Position numbers and translations under genes: made by a program
Notes under the pieces: generated by a model
What the model was told of the DNA's origin: nothing
Databases searched by the model: none
Seen by the model: the letters and a program-made list of their open reading frames with translations, nothing else
Shown here: piece after piece, positions 47,254-59,723 of the stretch
Position numbering within the stretch: position 1 is the first letter of the stretch
How the letters are laid out: every line of letters starts with the position of its first letter
Source: Felis catus
Lineage: Eukaryota
DNA: 64,000 nt
Assembly: GCF_018350175.1 (NCBI RefSeq)
Contig: NC_058380.1
Coordinates: forward strand, 11,222,001 to 11,286,000
Direction of reading: 5' to 3'

Positions 47254-50014
47254 TCAGTTTTTGTCCTAATCCTGTAAATCAGCGTGCACCTGTCCACAGC
47301 GAAAGAGCACATGAAACACGTCGTAATTCAAATATGGCGGAGAGGGAATGGCCTCGGTTTCTTGCTGGAGCTTCAGGCACTGTAGCACCTCAAGCTTCCG
47401 GAGCCACTCACCCTGTGCCCTCAAGTACTGGAGACTGGGCAGAGAATCAGGAGGCGCTATCTCGCGTCTCCTTGTTTGTTTTAAAGGGTCTAAAACAAAT
47501 AAGACCAGAGTCCCAAGAATCTCACGTGGGTGATGATATCTACAGCAATTTATGCCCAGTGTTCTGGACTGGACAACACGGGGGTGATACGTGCCCATCC
47601 CTCCGAGTCACGCATTCCCACCACAGCACCGTCCGTGCCGGGGGTCCTTTAACAGAGAAGAAAGAAGTGTGTCTTGATTTGGACACAACTGCCTCACTGT
47701 AGGCAAACATAAAGTTTCTCCTAAATGACTTTATACATTTCAGCTAAAATAAAGATCGTGAACGGGGAATCATTCTGGCTTTCATCTTTACTCCTTCCTC
47801 TGGCATCGCAAGTAATGACGTCTTTCCCTGTTCCTGAGCAGCGAGGACAGATCCCCATCTGATTTGAGTTTGGGGGTTTTCCTCCGTCCCTGTGCTGTCT
47901 CCATCATCACGCAAATGTTTGATTGCCATAAAAATTCATAAAATTATTGCCATAAAGATTATTTTTATGACTGCTGCTGACATGCCTACTTCTCCTCACA
48001 GGATGTTTATATTGATCATTTCTCTCTCTCCCCTCCCCCCTCCCCCTCCCCCTCCATGCTGTACTGACATCACCTTCTCGTGCTGCCCTTTGTATGGACT
48101 TCAAGGGTCCCGTCGCCTCTTTGGTCATCTCCTTGTTAGCGATATGCTTGGTTCCATGTTAGATCCCATACTGTCCACGTTTATGCGAGGTTCGTGACCT
48201 CATTGGTCACACCTTTTTCTCAGGCCGCACTGACAATTCCAGCTCTTTGGACGGGCTGATGCTGGCAGTGACTCAGCCCTGCTGTCGCAGCCATGAGAAA
48301 GTTTGTTGCCCTAACCCCCTTGTCCTGGATCAAGAAAATTAGCTCTCTCTTTGGGCACTGTTTCTTTACCATAATCTAATCCGCAGAACATGAAGTAATT
48401 GAAATGTGAATATATATAATAAGAAAAATGATGCTCTGTGTCTATACTCAGGGACTTTGGGGGGCCTTTACTCTTTCATCGATGGACTTGTCACATACTT
48501 AACGAGAACTCTAGGGGACACCCCCGATGCCCTCCCCTGATCCCCACACATCCTTGGCTCTGTGTGCCATACCCGGCTTTTGCGAGCTTCCCTTCCGTTC
48601 CAGCTTTGCCTTTCCCCTGAGCTTTGGCCGTGACTGCTGACGTTACCTTGCCCATTTAGAGCGTTGAAGCGCCTGGGAGTTTATGACCCACGGTCCCCTC
48701 CCTGATCTCCGCCACTCAGTGACTGACTGTGCTGTGGGAGGGAACATTGAAAACACCAACTTCCGTGCCTCAAGAAGAAACAAACTCTGCGGTACGGTTT
48801 GGGCTCTCAGGCTCCCCGAGGGACCCAGCGAAGACTGGGACTTTTCTACTTGACATGGCTTCTTCCTCTGTTCTCTGGGGCCCCCCCACTCTCTTAGCAG
48901 TTTCTGCTGGGAACTGGTCCTTAATAAATTATGGGCATTTCCATTTTTGTTTCAGGGTCTGCTTCTAAGAAAACCCCATCTAAGACCAGCATTTTTGCGT
49001 GTGTTCCAGACACTGTGATTTCTAGTGGAAGACGCTGCCATGAAGAAATTATAAGCTAAACAGGTTTTTGAATCTTACTGGACATCCTGGATCTCTCACG
49101 GAGTAGATGACGCGCCAGTCAGGGGTCTGAAAGGAAAGAGATGGCCTACCCAATTTGGGTAATTTAATGACAGTTGTGTTGAAGGACTAAGTGTGGGCAG
49201 GATGTAGGGCTATCACAAGGAACAGGACACCGTCCCAGAGCAGATGACAATAGGCTAGCATTACTCCCTCCTACGAGAAAAGTCTGCCTGACCCGAGTTG
49301 TGGCCTTTGGTCAAGGGACAGAACCAGACCACGGGACCACAACAGGAGTCCAGAGTGGGGACTCAGGATGGGTTAATAAGCTTTTCAGTGCTCATGGTGT
49401 GTAATTGTCAAAAGCTACTTAAATATAGGAAACCACTTTTAGGGACCATCTGATGACAGCTCGTGGAACTCCTGGTGGCTTGTGGGATGCATTTGGGAGA
49501 TACTATAGTAGAGCGCTGTTGGAAAATAACACCTTAAGAATCACAGCATCTTTTTGTCTGCGGAATTTCCCCGTTTCAGATATACCCCCTTCCCACCGCC
49601 TCCGTCCAAGTTATCTAGGTCTTTTGCAAAGAGGGGAACAGGTCAGGTCTTTGGAATCTCTTCACTTTCTTGCATAAAGGTGAATTCTAACAAGCTATGG
49701 TATCTCGTTGCTGATTCCACAGCAGATGAGAAAGAAGGTGGGCGCGCCATGGTATTAGGGACGGGCGGCGAAATAGGGAGCCGACAGGTGAAATGGGGTA
49801 GAAAGAACTCTGGAAGGGGTGCAGGCTGCAGGCAGATTGCGTCCGGACCACCTGCTCCGCAGCGGAGAAAAGTAGAACCGTACTCAGACCTCAGCCATTT
49901 CGCAGCACTCGGTTGCTCTTAGGGGCACAGAGATGATTTTTATGGGGAAAAATCTGAGACCCAGAGAAAATGGTTAATGTAGGCCGCTGTACCCTGTTTA
50001 AGAAGGCGGCGAAG

Positions 50015-50222
50015 GGGGGCCCCTGAGTGGCTCAGTCGGCTGGGCGTCTGACTCCGGCTCAGGTCACGATCTCATGGTTTGTGGGTTCGAGCCCCGCGTG
50101 GGGCTCTGTGCTGACAGCTCAGAGCCTGGAGCCTGCTTCGGGTTCTGCGTCTCCCTCTCTCTCTCTGCCCCTCCCCTGTTTGTGCTCTCTCAAAAGTTAA
50201 CAAACATTAAATTAAAAAAAAA
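50015..50222 (+). mobile_element. Can-SINE
   Basis: Full-length; TSD aaggcggcgaag (50003-50014) / aaggcagtgaag (50223-50234). Confidence 0.95.
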
Positions 50223-50284
50223 AAGGCAGTGAAGAGTGTATTGAACCTTTAAAAACTGTTTATCTTCCTGGTTAAATAGTACTC

Positions 50285-50500
50285 ATTAACGTTTGCTAAT
50301 ACTGTGAGCTCAGGATTATGCTAATATAATTATTATGTTCTCCTTTAATTGTCAAAATGACTCTGCAAAGTCAGAACGCCGATCATCCAAATGTTACGGG
50401 AGGGAAAGTGAGGTTTTGAGACGGTAAGCCCGGTGTCTACATAGCATGTGGCACAACCATTCCGGAAGCAGGTCTGTCTGATCACAGCCCGCACCTTTAA
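50285..50500 (-). mobile_element. MIR
   Basis: ctcctttaattgtcaaaatgactctg...gaaagtgaggttttgaga...gcaggtctgtctgat. Confidence 0.55.
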
Positions 50501-52211
50501 TCTCTTTTTTTCCATCCGGGAAACCTCACGACCGGTTTAGTGGCCCAAGGCTTACCTTGTGAGCTCTCTGGGTCGTTCCCTCTATCCACACACCACGTCT
50601 GAAAAGTGGGGCAGCGTTGTGTTTGTTAAGCTGGCTAATTTCAAGAGGATGTTCCTAGGTAACAGGATAAATAGAACAACAGAAAGTTTTCATCAAAAAA
50701 CACGTAAAAATCAATCAGCCCCAAGGAGTGCAAAGTGATTCGGTTGTGCGTTGAAGCAATCTCTGAAGGGGGTAAAAGCCACAAACTCCAGCGGAGGAGA
50801 CTCTGTCTTTGTCAGTCTTCTAGATTCTTCCGTACAGCCTCAGTCTCTGCCTCCTGCCCTCCACCAGAGAGCGCTGGGTTTCCCGGGACGGTCCCAACGA
50901 GAGCCCAGAGACATGATGAGGCAGGACATGACCACTAGAGGGAAGCAGTGAGGCCCTTATGCTTCATTTTTCTGAGGGATTCAACTTTGTGGGTGTTGAT
51001 AATGTCCTCGTTTTAAAGACCGTTTCATCCAAGACACATACTTTCTCGTGTGTGATTGGCGTCAAAGAAAAATGTGCTCTGCACACCGTCGGGGTTCACC
51101 ATGTGCATCTCAACAGGCTCGGTCTGATCTCGGCAGGTAACTTCGAGGGCCACCCCAGGTCCAGCCTACTTGGTAGAAAAGGCATTTTCTTCTGCCCGAG
51201 TTTTGCAGGATATATTCAATCCATTAACGTTAGCCCCAGTTCATGTTGATTACAACATGTCTGATTCTTGTCATTTCTTTGTTGAGGGAGTTGTGGTTAG
51301 CCCAGAATAGAGGCAACAGGAGGGGTCAAGTGTGGACAGAAGTCGCCCACGCACTCCCCAGATGCGTCACGTGAGTCACCTGTGTTCTGAAGGAACCGTA
51401 CCGTCTAATAGCACCACCTAAAGACTCTTTTGGAAGACAGCAGAATGCTCCATTGGGGTGTGCTTTGAAAAGAGCTCTGTAGTTATTAACGTAATGACAA
51501 TAATGATTCCCCTGGTGTTTATTTTTCGGGTACCCTCTTGGTGCATGTGGCTCAGAACACATCGCTTGCATGGAGACACTTAAGGTTTTTACACAAATAG
51601 CAGTGGGAGATTGGAGAAGGTTCAAGATGTTCTTCAACGTGGAATTATAAGCAGCCATTTTAAATGATGCCGAGGAGTAGATTTATCGACAGGGAAAGGT
51701 AGCCACGATGTCTTAGCCTTTGTAAAGTAAGTTCTAAAACACTCTGAGCCTGTTTATGGAATGTATATTTATATACGTACGTTGAAAAAGTCTGGATGTT
51801 GTACTGATTATCTCTGTATGGGAGACTGATAAGTGATATTTCCTTTCTATTTTTCCCCTTTTTGCTTAGCTGTGTTTTGGGATTTTTCTACCTCACCATG
51901 TATTTCTATATCTAAGAGTTTTAAGTTTACCCGAATGCATGATAGCGTTTCAAGGGATTGTCTGATCTTTTTACCCTGGATATTCTCATAATCGTGTAAT
52001 TTTCATCCCTCTGTCCTTCTCCTAAATCACCAGGCTGAATTAAGAGTGGGCCAGGCCGAATTACTGCTTTCCCATAATGTTATACTGGCTGTCTCTTGCT
52101 TTCAGAAAGCAGTGCTACGTCTCTGAAGTGTCCCTGCTCAAGGCTCTCGCTCCTTAACACCACCCCGGTCACCTTACCTTTCCAATTTATTCTCCTTCCA
52201 GAACTGTATTC

Positions 52212-52425
52212 TTTTTTTTTTTTTTTTAACTTATTTTGAGAGTGAGTGAGCACAAGTGGGGGAGGGGCACAGGGAGAGGGGGAGAGAGACAGAGAGGCTC
52301 CCTGGCAGGCTCCGTGCTATTAACACAGAGCCCAGCACAGGGCTCGATCTCATGAACCTTGAGATCGTGACCTGAGCTGAAGTCAAGAGTCAGACACTCA
52401 ACCGACGGAGCCACCCAGGCGCCCC
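52212..52425 (-). mobile_element. Older Can-SINE
   Basis: T17 tail, body, head ccacccaggcgcccc. Confidence 0.94.
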
Positions 52426-53630
52426 AGGGATGAGAGTTTTAAAAGTATATCTGAGCATACCTTTTCCTCTAGAAGCACAGGCAAGGCTTGCCCGGAAATG
52501 GCTCTTGGCTCCTGACATCACTGCTGATGCAGGAGAGCAGGACAGGGTGGTCTGGGCACGACATATGCGGGGCCGAGAGAAGCCGGTCCACTCTGCAGGC
52601 CCCTGGTGGAAATAGGGGTGCCCTGGGGCCTGGCACACGTGCCCTGCCCCAGGCTCTCTGCTGTCCTGCCTGATGGACGTGGGGCTCCGCAGGGCACTTG
52701 GAAGACGCTTCCCCTGCGTCCTCCCCAGACCAGCCGACAGAATTTCAAGTGGCCCCTGGAGACTTCCTGTCCCTGTTTTCTGGCTCTGTCCCACCACCTG
52801 ACGGGTGACAATGCCATTGCGTTCGCTCTCCACACTCCTCCCAGCCCACCTCCCCCCGGGCCTCCCCTCAGTCAGGCTGCGGGGGTCTCCCTGGGATGTA
52901 GGCGACTGGTGAGGATGGTCACGAACACTCCTGATTTGGAGCTCCTGATCCAGCCGGGCTCAGCCACTCACACTGTGTCCAACGCTCCCCAGGCTTGCCC
53001 TCTCTTTCCCCCCGTTTGCGCATCAGGACCCCCGCCTGGAGCCCCCTGCCTTAATTCCATGCCAACCCCGGCCAAGATCTCCCTCTCCCTTCTCGACCAT
53101 CCTCATGCCCAGAGCATCCGGGTTACAGTGCTGGTTGTCACCAGCGTTCACGTCGTCCAGGGCACACGGGCTTTACAGCCAGGCTCCTGGGTCCCGGGCG
53201 TGCCTTGACCACCTGCAGGCTGCACAACTCTAAGCTGCGGACTCAGCCTATGAAATGCAAACAGTCATCACACTTACCTCATCGGGTGCTCGCGAGGATC
53301 GGATGCATTAGGCCCTCGTTCCTGCTATGCAGGAAGAACTTCCTAAAGATTCAGTGTTCTCTGGATAGCTCGTATGTTTCCATCTAGTCTCTTTTCATTT
53401 AACTTCCTATGGTCTACATCTCCTTGAGGAGATTAGGTGAGCTGTCTGCTGTGCCTTTTTGTGGTCTTTCTAGAAGCCCGCCAGTAATGCACACGCAGTC
53501 GGTGGTTTGTAATTACTTACTGTTTGACGCAGGACATGAATCGGCAACGGTGGGGTCTTGTGGTCTGCAAAATAGATCATACCCATCTGCAAGTCGTGGG
53601 TCAGTGTGCCTCACTTTCAAAGGCAACCTG

Positions 53631-54100
53631 TTTCAGATAGGCTTTGGTGCACAACCAACTGTCCTACAATATGGCGGCCTAAAAATAACAATTCATCATT
53701 TCTGAGGGTTCTGTGGCTTGACTAGGGAGTTCTGCTTGCCTAGAGAATTGGGCTGGAGGGGCACCGTGGTCGAAGGTCCAAGATGGCCTCACTCATGCCT
53801 CCCAGTTGGTGCCGGCTGTTGGCTAAGCTTCTTGGTTTTTCTAAACATGCTTTTGAATCCTCCAGGAGGTCAGACAGGACTTCCTCACAGCAAGTAGGAG
53901 GTCCCAGGAATCCAAGAACGGTCTTGGATTGGCTCTGCAACTTTTGGGTTTACTTTTGTCCTCTTCTGTCGATCAGAGCAAGTCCCAGAAATAGCCTCCA
54001 CCACTTGACGGGAGGAGTGGCAGAGCCATTTTGCCACAGAGGCGTAGACACAGAGAAGCCTGATCCGTTGGAGGCCAGTGCGATGGCCATCAACCTCATG
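53631..54100 (-). mobile_element. MaLR solo LTR (MLT1F/G/H-like)
   Basis: tccaagatggcctcactcatg...agttggtgccggctgttggc...ctccaccacttgacgggaggagtggcagag matches the reverse MLT1 consensus. Confidence 0.75.
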
Positions 54101-54350
54101 TCCCTAGGAAGAGTTTGGTGAGCTTGTGAGATGACAACCTTGATAACCTTTCTTCGTTGGTCTTTACAACCCAACAAAGATATTTGCAAGCATTTGCTGT
54201 TTTGACGTTCACAGCCACGCAAACTTCCTGCGAGGCAGGAAAAAGAGGTATTACCGTCTTTATGACATGGACTGGGAAGCCGTAGTTGTACAGGTTCCCC
54301 CAACTCACATAGCCGGTTATTAACAGAACTGCACTAATATGACTCTTGGC

Positions 54351-54562
54351 TTTTTTTTAGAAAAATGCTTTCTTTATTTATTTTGTGATAGCGTGCATGC
54401 GCAGGGGAGGGGCAGAGAGAAAGGGAGAGGCAGAATCCCCAGGAGGCTCCACGCTGCCAGTGCAGAGCCTGATGGGGGGCTCAGTCTCACAAACTGTGAG
54501 ATCATGGCCTGAGGAGAAATCAAGAGTCGGACACCCAACTGACTGAGCCACCCAGGTGCCCC
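54351..54562 (-). mobile_element. Older Can-SINE
   Basis: gagaaatcaagagtcggacac...gagccacccaggtgcccc. Confidence 0.93.
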
Positions 54563-54569
54563 GACTGGT

Positions 54570-54805
54570 ACCTTTTCTTATTATGAAATATTTATCGCAC
54601 ACAAAGTGTGGAGAATGATGAAAACGCCCACCCGTGTAACCACTACCTAGCTTGAAGACCAGAATGGCAGATACTCCCTTGAAGCCCCCTGTGCCTCACA
54701 GCCCAGCCCGGTCCCCTCCATTTCTACATAACCGCTCTCTGGGATGACGTCCATCTTGAATTTGGTGTTTATCCTTCCTGCGCACTTTATAGATACATCT
54801 TTTAT
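54570..54805 (-). mobile_element. Old L1 (L1ME-type) 3' fragment
   Basis: ttattatgaaatattt...gtaaccactacctag...ttgaatttggtgtttatccttcc. Confidence 0.55.
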
Positions 54806-54821
54806 TCAGAAATAGTAGCTA

Positions 54822-54960
54822 CTATTTTTCAGTGGTTCTGAGGCACACTTTTTTTTCACATTTTAATATCTCTGACATCAGGATGCTCTTATAACTAATG
54901 ACGTTTTGCAACAGCTGTCGGCCAGGTGACCGCTGCAACACGGCCATACTGCCTGCACAT
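54822..54960 (+). mobile_element. TcMar-Tc2 DNA transposon fragment (Kanga/MER104-like)
   Basis: gcacacttttttttcacattttaatatctctgacatcaggatgctctta...gctgtcggccagg. Confidence 0.65.
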
Positions 54961-55290
54961 TCTCCAACATCCAAGGTGTCAGGAAAGTGCTTGCAGAAAA
55001 TTCTGGAGACAGTAAGAGGGCCCTTAGTTTACCCTTAGGAACAAAATGGTCGTGAGGAGAGGGTGCGGGAGGTGGCGAATCAGAAATGTTGAGCCATGTT
55101 CCAGGAGCAGGAATCTGGAGGTTAGCTGTACGTAGCTGCAGAGATAGTTTAAGAACTCCGTGCCAATGACTGTTCGTTCTTCTATGGATTCTTTTCAGAA
55201 ATGTTGTATCCCCAATCCTCGGGCCAGATCGAGGATTTATTGCACGGCAGAAACACAGATGTCAGTAACAGTCAAAAAGACGCAGAAGAG

Positions 55291-55390
55291 GGGACGCCTG
55301 GCTGGGGCATCTGACACTTGATCTCGGGGTCTTGAGTTTGGGCCCTACATTGGGCATGGAGGCTACTTCACAAAAACAGTTTTTTTTAAG
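55291..55390 (+). mobile_element. Short carnivore SINE variant (~100 bp)
   Basis: gggacgcctggctgg...gatctcggggtcttgagtttgggccctacattgggcatggag; TSD aagacgcagaagag (55277-55290) / aagatgcagaagag (55391-55404). Confidence 0.85.
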
Positions 55391-55679
55391 AAGATGCAGA
55401 AGAGTCACAGTTTAAATATGGAAAAGTTTCAGGAATCCCTTAAATTGAGTCCACTTACATTTTCTTTTCTTAACATATGCAAAAAAAAAAAATCTGGTAA
55501 AAAAAAAAACAACCCTCAGATATAATGAAATCACAAGAGATAAGAAAGCATTTTTTGTCCGTTTCATTTTCGGCATTTTTTGGTCTTAACGGTGCACAAA
55601 ACAATGGCATCTCTTAGAAACTTTAGCTAGGGGGTGTCCAGTTGAACCTGTATTTCTGCTAACCAGATTGCTCAACATT

Positions 55680-56000
55680 ATGCTTCTGAGATTTTTCAGT
55701 TTGATAAACGTAGCCCCCGTTCATTCATCTTAACTGCTCTACAAAGTTCCCTTGTATAAGTATGGCATGTTCTATATGTCCATTTTACCCATTCTCCTGT
55801 TGATGGGCCTTTAGATTGCTTCTAGTTTTTGTTTTTTGGTTTTTTGGTTTTTGGCTTTTTAATTTCAGACAATACAGTTACGAGCATCTTGTTCGTACCT
55901 TCCTGGGATCAGAATTTCTGGATCCTGGGGCAGACACATCTTCCACTTTACTAGACATTCCCAAATTGGTCTCCAAAGTGTTTGTCTGGTTCATCCCACT
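55680..56000 (-). mobile_element. Old L1 (L1ME-type) fragment
   Basis: ccattctcctgttgatgggcctttagattgcttctagtttt...gaatttctggatc...ctccaaagtg. Confidence 0.55.
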
Positions 56001-56099
56001 AGTACTGTTTGCGAGGTCCCAGTGCAAGAAAGCCTTGACTGGGTTCCCAGTCGCCTCTCTGAATCCTTACAACTCGTCCCCCCTACATAGTCGAAGCAA

Positions 56100-56705
56100 C
56101 CCCTAACACCACAGCAGAGCAAGCCACGAGTCCGCTCCAAACCCTCCAGTGGATTTTCACTGCGCTTCCCGACAAGATCACACGGCTTCCCTGGCCCTAA
56201 CTTAGCTCTGCAATCTCTTCTTACCCCTGTGTCATACCAGACCCGTCCCCCACATTACAATCCAGCAACTTCATGATGTTTTTAGTTCCTCGCGCAAGAC
56301 CTGCCTCTTCTCTCCCCCCAACACCTGCACACGCCGTTTCCTCTCTGGAATGTTCTCTCCGGTAAAACCACACCTGCTCCACCCACCCCCCACTTGGGCT
56401 AATTCTACTCAAACTTCCCCAACTCTTCCTCCTCAGAGCCGCTAGTCCGTCCCCGTCCCTTCCCCCTTCTAGAGCATGTGACTTTCCAGTGTACAATGTC
56501 GCATATTTTACAGGAGCTTCCCCGATGTGACATCCTCGCACAATGCTGAAATCACCTCTCGTTTTGACCTCCCACTAGACTTTCAGCCCCCCCAAAACGG
56601 TGATGGAGGGGACAGCGTCTATCTCGTTTACCGCTGTCTTCTCACCTAGTAGATAGTTTACATGGTGTTGAATGAATATCGCATTTGTTGAATAAAAGCA
56701 TGAAT
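56100..56705 (+). mobile_element. L2 3' region
   Basis: acacggcttccctggccc...ctctggaatgttctc...cccactagact...gggacagcgtctatctcgtttaccgctgt...atttgttgaataaa...atgaat. Confidence 0.75.
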
Positions 56706-57579
56706 CAAGTCAGCTCTGGAACACCCAAGTCATTTGGCCCCTGGTTGCTTGCATAGCCTCCCCTATAGGTTTCCGTGCCATGCTAGAAATGTCTTCCTAA
56801 ATCTTCAGATTACTAGCGGAGAGCCAGGTGGGTTGCCCCAAGCTACGAGGAGGGGGAAATAGCAGAGAAGAAATTTGGAATTTGGGTGTCAAATTACGGA
56901 AGTTCCTTTAGGCTCATGGCAACTGACAGCCTTCTAAGCAATCTCTTGCGTCGAGGTATGTGCGCGTACAAATCTGTAATGCATGATGGGGGAGGGAAGC
57001 AAGGAGTCCTCTGGGACAGTCCTGTGTGCCGTCACCTACGATGCACAGCTTGGGTGATGGAAGGCACATCTGGATTTGTCTGAGAAGCAATTAGCCCTGC
57101 TATAAATAGGATGGAAACAGAATGGAGAAGGTTGAAGTTAATATAGAGATACTAAAAATAGTCTGCGATGATTCTGAACCAACGTGCTCTAGTTTTTCGG
57201 TGTTTTCTAAGGCAAGAAAGGAGTTTGACAGATCCCGACAGCCGTCTCCTACAACTCAAGGAAAAGGGGGAAAAAATTAGTTTTAAAGATGTCTATACTG
57301 ACTGTGGGTTTTTGGCAGAATAACACGATCCTGAATTTAGGAACCCGGCATCTTCCTTCTGAGTGAGGCGACAGAGGCTGACATCTCCTAGCTCAGTGGC
57401 TCTTACTCTCTGGGATGAGTCCAAAAAACCAAAAAACCAGAGACACAGGCGGCTGGGCTCCACACGCACAGTTTTCTGATTCACTCGGCCCAAGTGCGGC
57501 AAGGAATGGACGTTTGTAAAAAGTTGCTGGAATGAGAGACAGGAATGAAGTCCTGATACTTGCTATGACCTGAGGGACC

Positions 57580-57776
57580 CTCAGAATGGGCAAATCCATA
57601 CAGACAGCAATTCATGGTTATCAGGGGCTGGGTGGGAGGGGTAGTGGAGAGTGGCTGTTGCATGGGTGTGGGATTTCCTTTTGGGGTGATGAAAACAGTT
57701 TGGGGCTAGATAGGGGCAGAGTGGCACAACACCAACAGTGGAACTAAGTGACAAAGAACCGCGTGCTTTAAAATGG
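57580..57776 (+). mobile_element. Old L1 (L1MB-type) 3' end, truncated at SINE
   Basis: ggcaaatccatacagacag...ggttatcaggggctggg...tttccttttggggtgatgaaaa...ctttaaaatgg. Confidence 0.8.
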
Positions 57777-57988
57777 GGGGCGCCCGGGTGGCTCAGTCAG
57801 TTAAGCATCCGACTTTGGCTCAGGTCACGATCTCATGGTTCGTGAGTTCAAGCCCTGTGTCGGGTTCTGTGCTGACGGCTCAGAGCCTGGAGCCTGCTTC
57901 GGATTCCGTGTCTCCCTCTCTCTGTGCCCTTCCCTCACTCGTGCTCTCTTTCTCTCTCACACAAATAAATAAAAATAAAAAACTAAAA
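57777..57988 (+). mobile_element. Can-SINE without recognisable TSD
   Basis: Full-length body and tail; left and right flanks come from different repeat families. Confidence 0.95.
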
Positions 57989-58041
57989 TTCCTGGGTGAT
58001 GTTGAGACTGCTGGGTCAGGGACCACACTTTGAGAACCACC
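57989..58041 (-). mobile_element. MER5A terminal fragment
   Basis: ttcctgggtgatgttgagactgctgggtcagggaccacactttgagaaccac. Confidence 0.8.
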
Positions 58042-58659
58042 GACCCAAGCTACAGGCACAGAGAGGGGAAGAGACGGAAGGAGGGCTGAATTCTGAAGTG
58101 AATGGCAGCCTCTATGCTTTCCCCAAGCAGGTCTGTGACAGAGAACTCCAAAAGTCTGAAGCGCGTTGTGACCTTGAAATCTTTGTTCTCGGTTTGGGCG
58201 TGGACCCAGAGGTGTTGGCGTCTTCCACACTCCCAATTCAAGCCCCGGGCCACCTAAGCAAAGGAGGTGGCTGAAAACCACTGTTGCCCTTGTTAGCTGC
58301 TCACTTACCTTGGGCTGCAAAGAGGGATATATAGTGTGAGGGAACGTTGCCCAGTAGAGAAGCAAAACGTTTGGATGTGGTCACCAGCGTTCTGTGAGGC
58401 TGACCTCACGAGCTGGGGAAGGAGAGGGAATCATTCTGGTCCTTCTGATGGTCCTTCTGGCCCCATATGTTCTGTGCCCAAGAAATATAGACAAAGACCA
58501 TAGCTGCTCACCACGCCAAGCGATAACTATAGCTTTGGCCAAGTGTACTTCCTGCTTGTTTCTTCGAAGGAGCAAATGTGTGTTGTTGTCTCTAGACCTT
58601 TGATCTCCCAATCTCCCTTGCTGGAACATCTACTCTGGTCCATGTACCCATACTATGGG

Positions 58660-59245
58660 GAGTAACGGTTGCCAAGGAGCTAGGGGTTGCTGGGGGTAGG
58701 GTGACTACACCAGAGTGGGGCAAAGAATTTGGGCGAGGGAATGTAATTACTTGTTCTACGTTTTGATTCTGGTGATAGTTTCATGATGGCATTCACTGGC
58801 CGAAATTCCCCAAATCGCACACGGGAAAGGATGAATTTAATGGCATGTAAAGTATACCTTCATCAAAAAATAAAAATAACTCCCCCCCCCCCCCCAGTAT
58901 CACAATTCACTTGTTCTGGGTTGGAGCCCAGGGATTGTCTCCTAAAAGCTCCCCAGGTGGGAAATATCTGCTTCTGTCCAATATGGAGTGACAGGGACCG
59001 GATTTTTCCTTCCCACCTGAGACAGCTTAAAAAAAAAAAACTAACAGCCAAAATGCATGAAACAGTAGTTTTCAAGTCATTGGACACCAACAACCAAGGA
59101 CAACAATCCCTGCAATGGAAGGGAGATAAATTATTTATTGTCTTGATTTTAGGGATGGCTTCATGGATGTATACATATATTTAAATTTACCAAGTTGTTC
59201 ATTATTCATATGTGCGGTTTATTGTACATCAGTTATACCTCAATG
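58660..59245 (+). mobile_element. Cluster of old L1M fragments with a MER5B piece
   Basis: L1 3' ends at 58660-58878 and 59130-59245 (ttattgtacatcagttatacctcaat); MER5B-like taaaagctccccaggtg at ~58940. Confidence 0.6.
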
Positions 59246-59723
59246 AGGGTTGTGGTTTTTTTTGTTTGTTTTTTTGGGTTTTTTTTTTTTTTTGAGTTCC
59301 TGAGGAGATTCCAAGAGTATAGATAGGTAAAGTCAAGAGCCGTCAGCCCAAACATATGACCTTACTTGGCCCTGGGATCTAACCTCCTTTGTCCTAATCA
59401 TTTGAGTCCAACGTAATGTAGTCAAAGAATATGAAGTATTAAAGTTCATGAGAAGACATGCTTTGCTTAAATGGAACTCATCTTGGAAAACAAGTTGTCA
59501 CTTGCAGGATTTTTTTTTTTTTTTTTGCTAATATTTTTTGCTAATGATTCTTCTGAGAGCTCCCTGGAAAGAAAGAGGAGCTCGACCTTCTCTGACGAAT
59601 TTTTAAAGATGAGGACAAAACACGTGAATAACGACTCCTGGGCAATTACAATGTGTATTAAAAGCTGTAAAACTATTCAGAACATTTGACTCAGAATTTA
59701 AGCACATAGGAAACAGGCCCAGT

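Noticed and set aside
49741-49793. Strong Kozak GCCATGG followed by a CAG|GTGAAA donor-like site as a first coding exon
   Set aside because: Only 13 codons, no promoter evidence and no matching downstream exon identified.
11353-57985. Recurrent short ORFs of the type MAQSVKxPTxAQVxISR...SLEPASDSVSPSLS
   Set aside because: Translations of Can-SINE sequence, not genes or a protein family.
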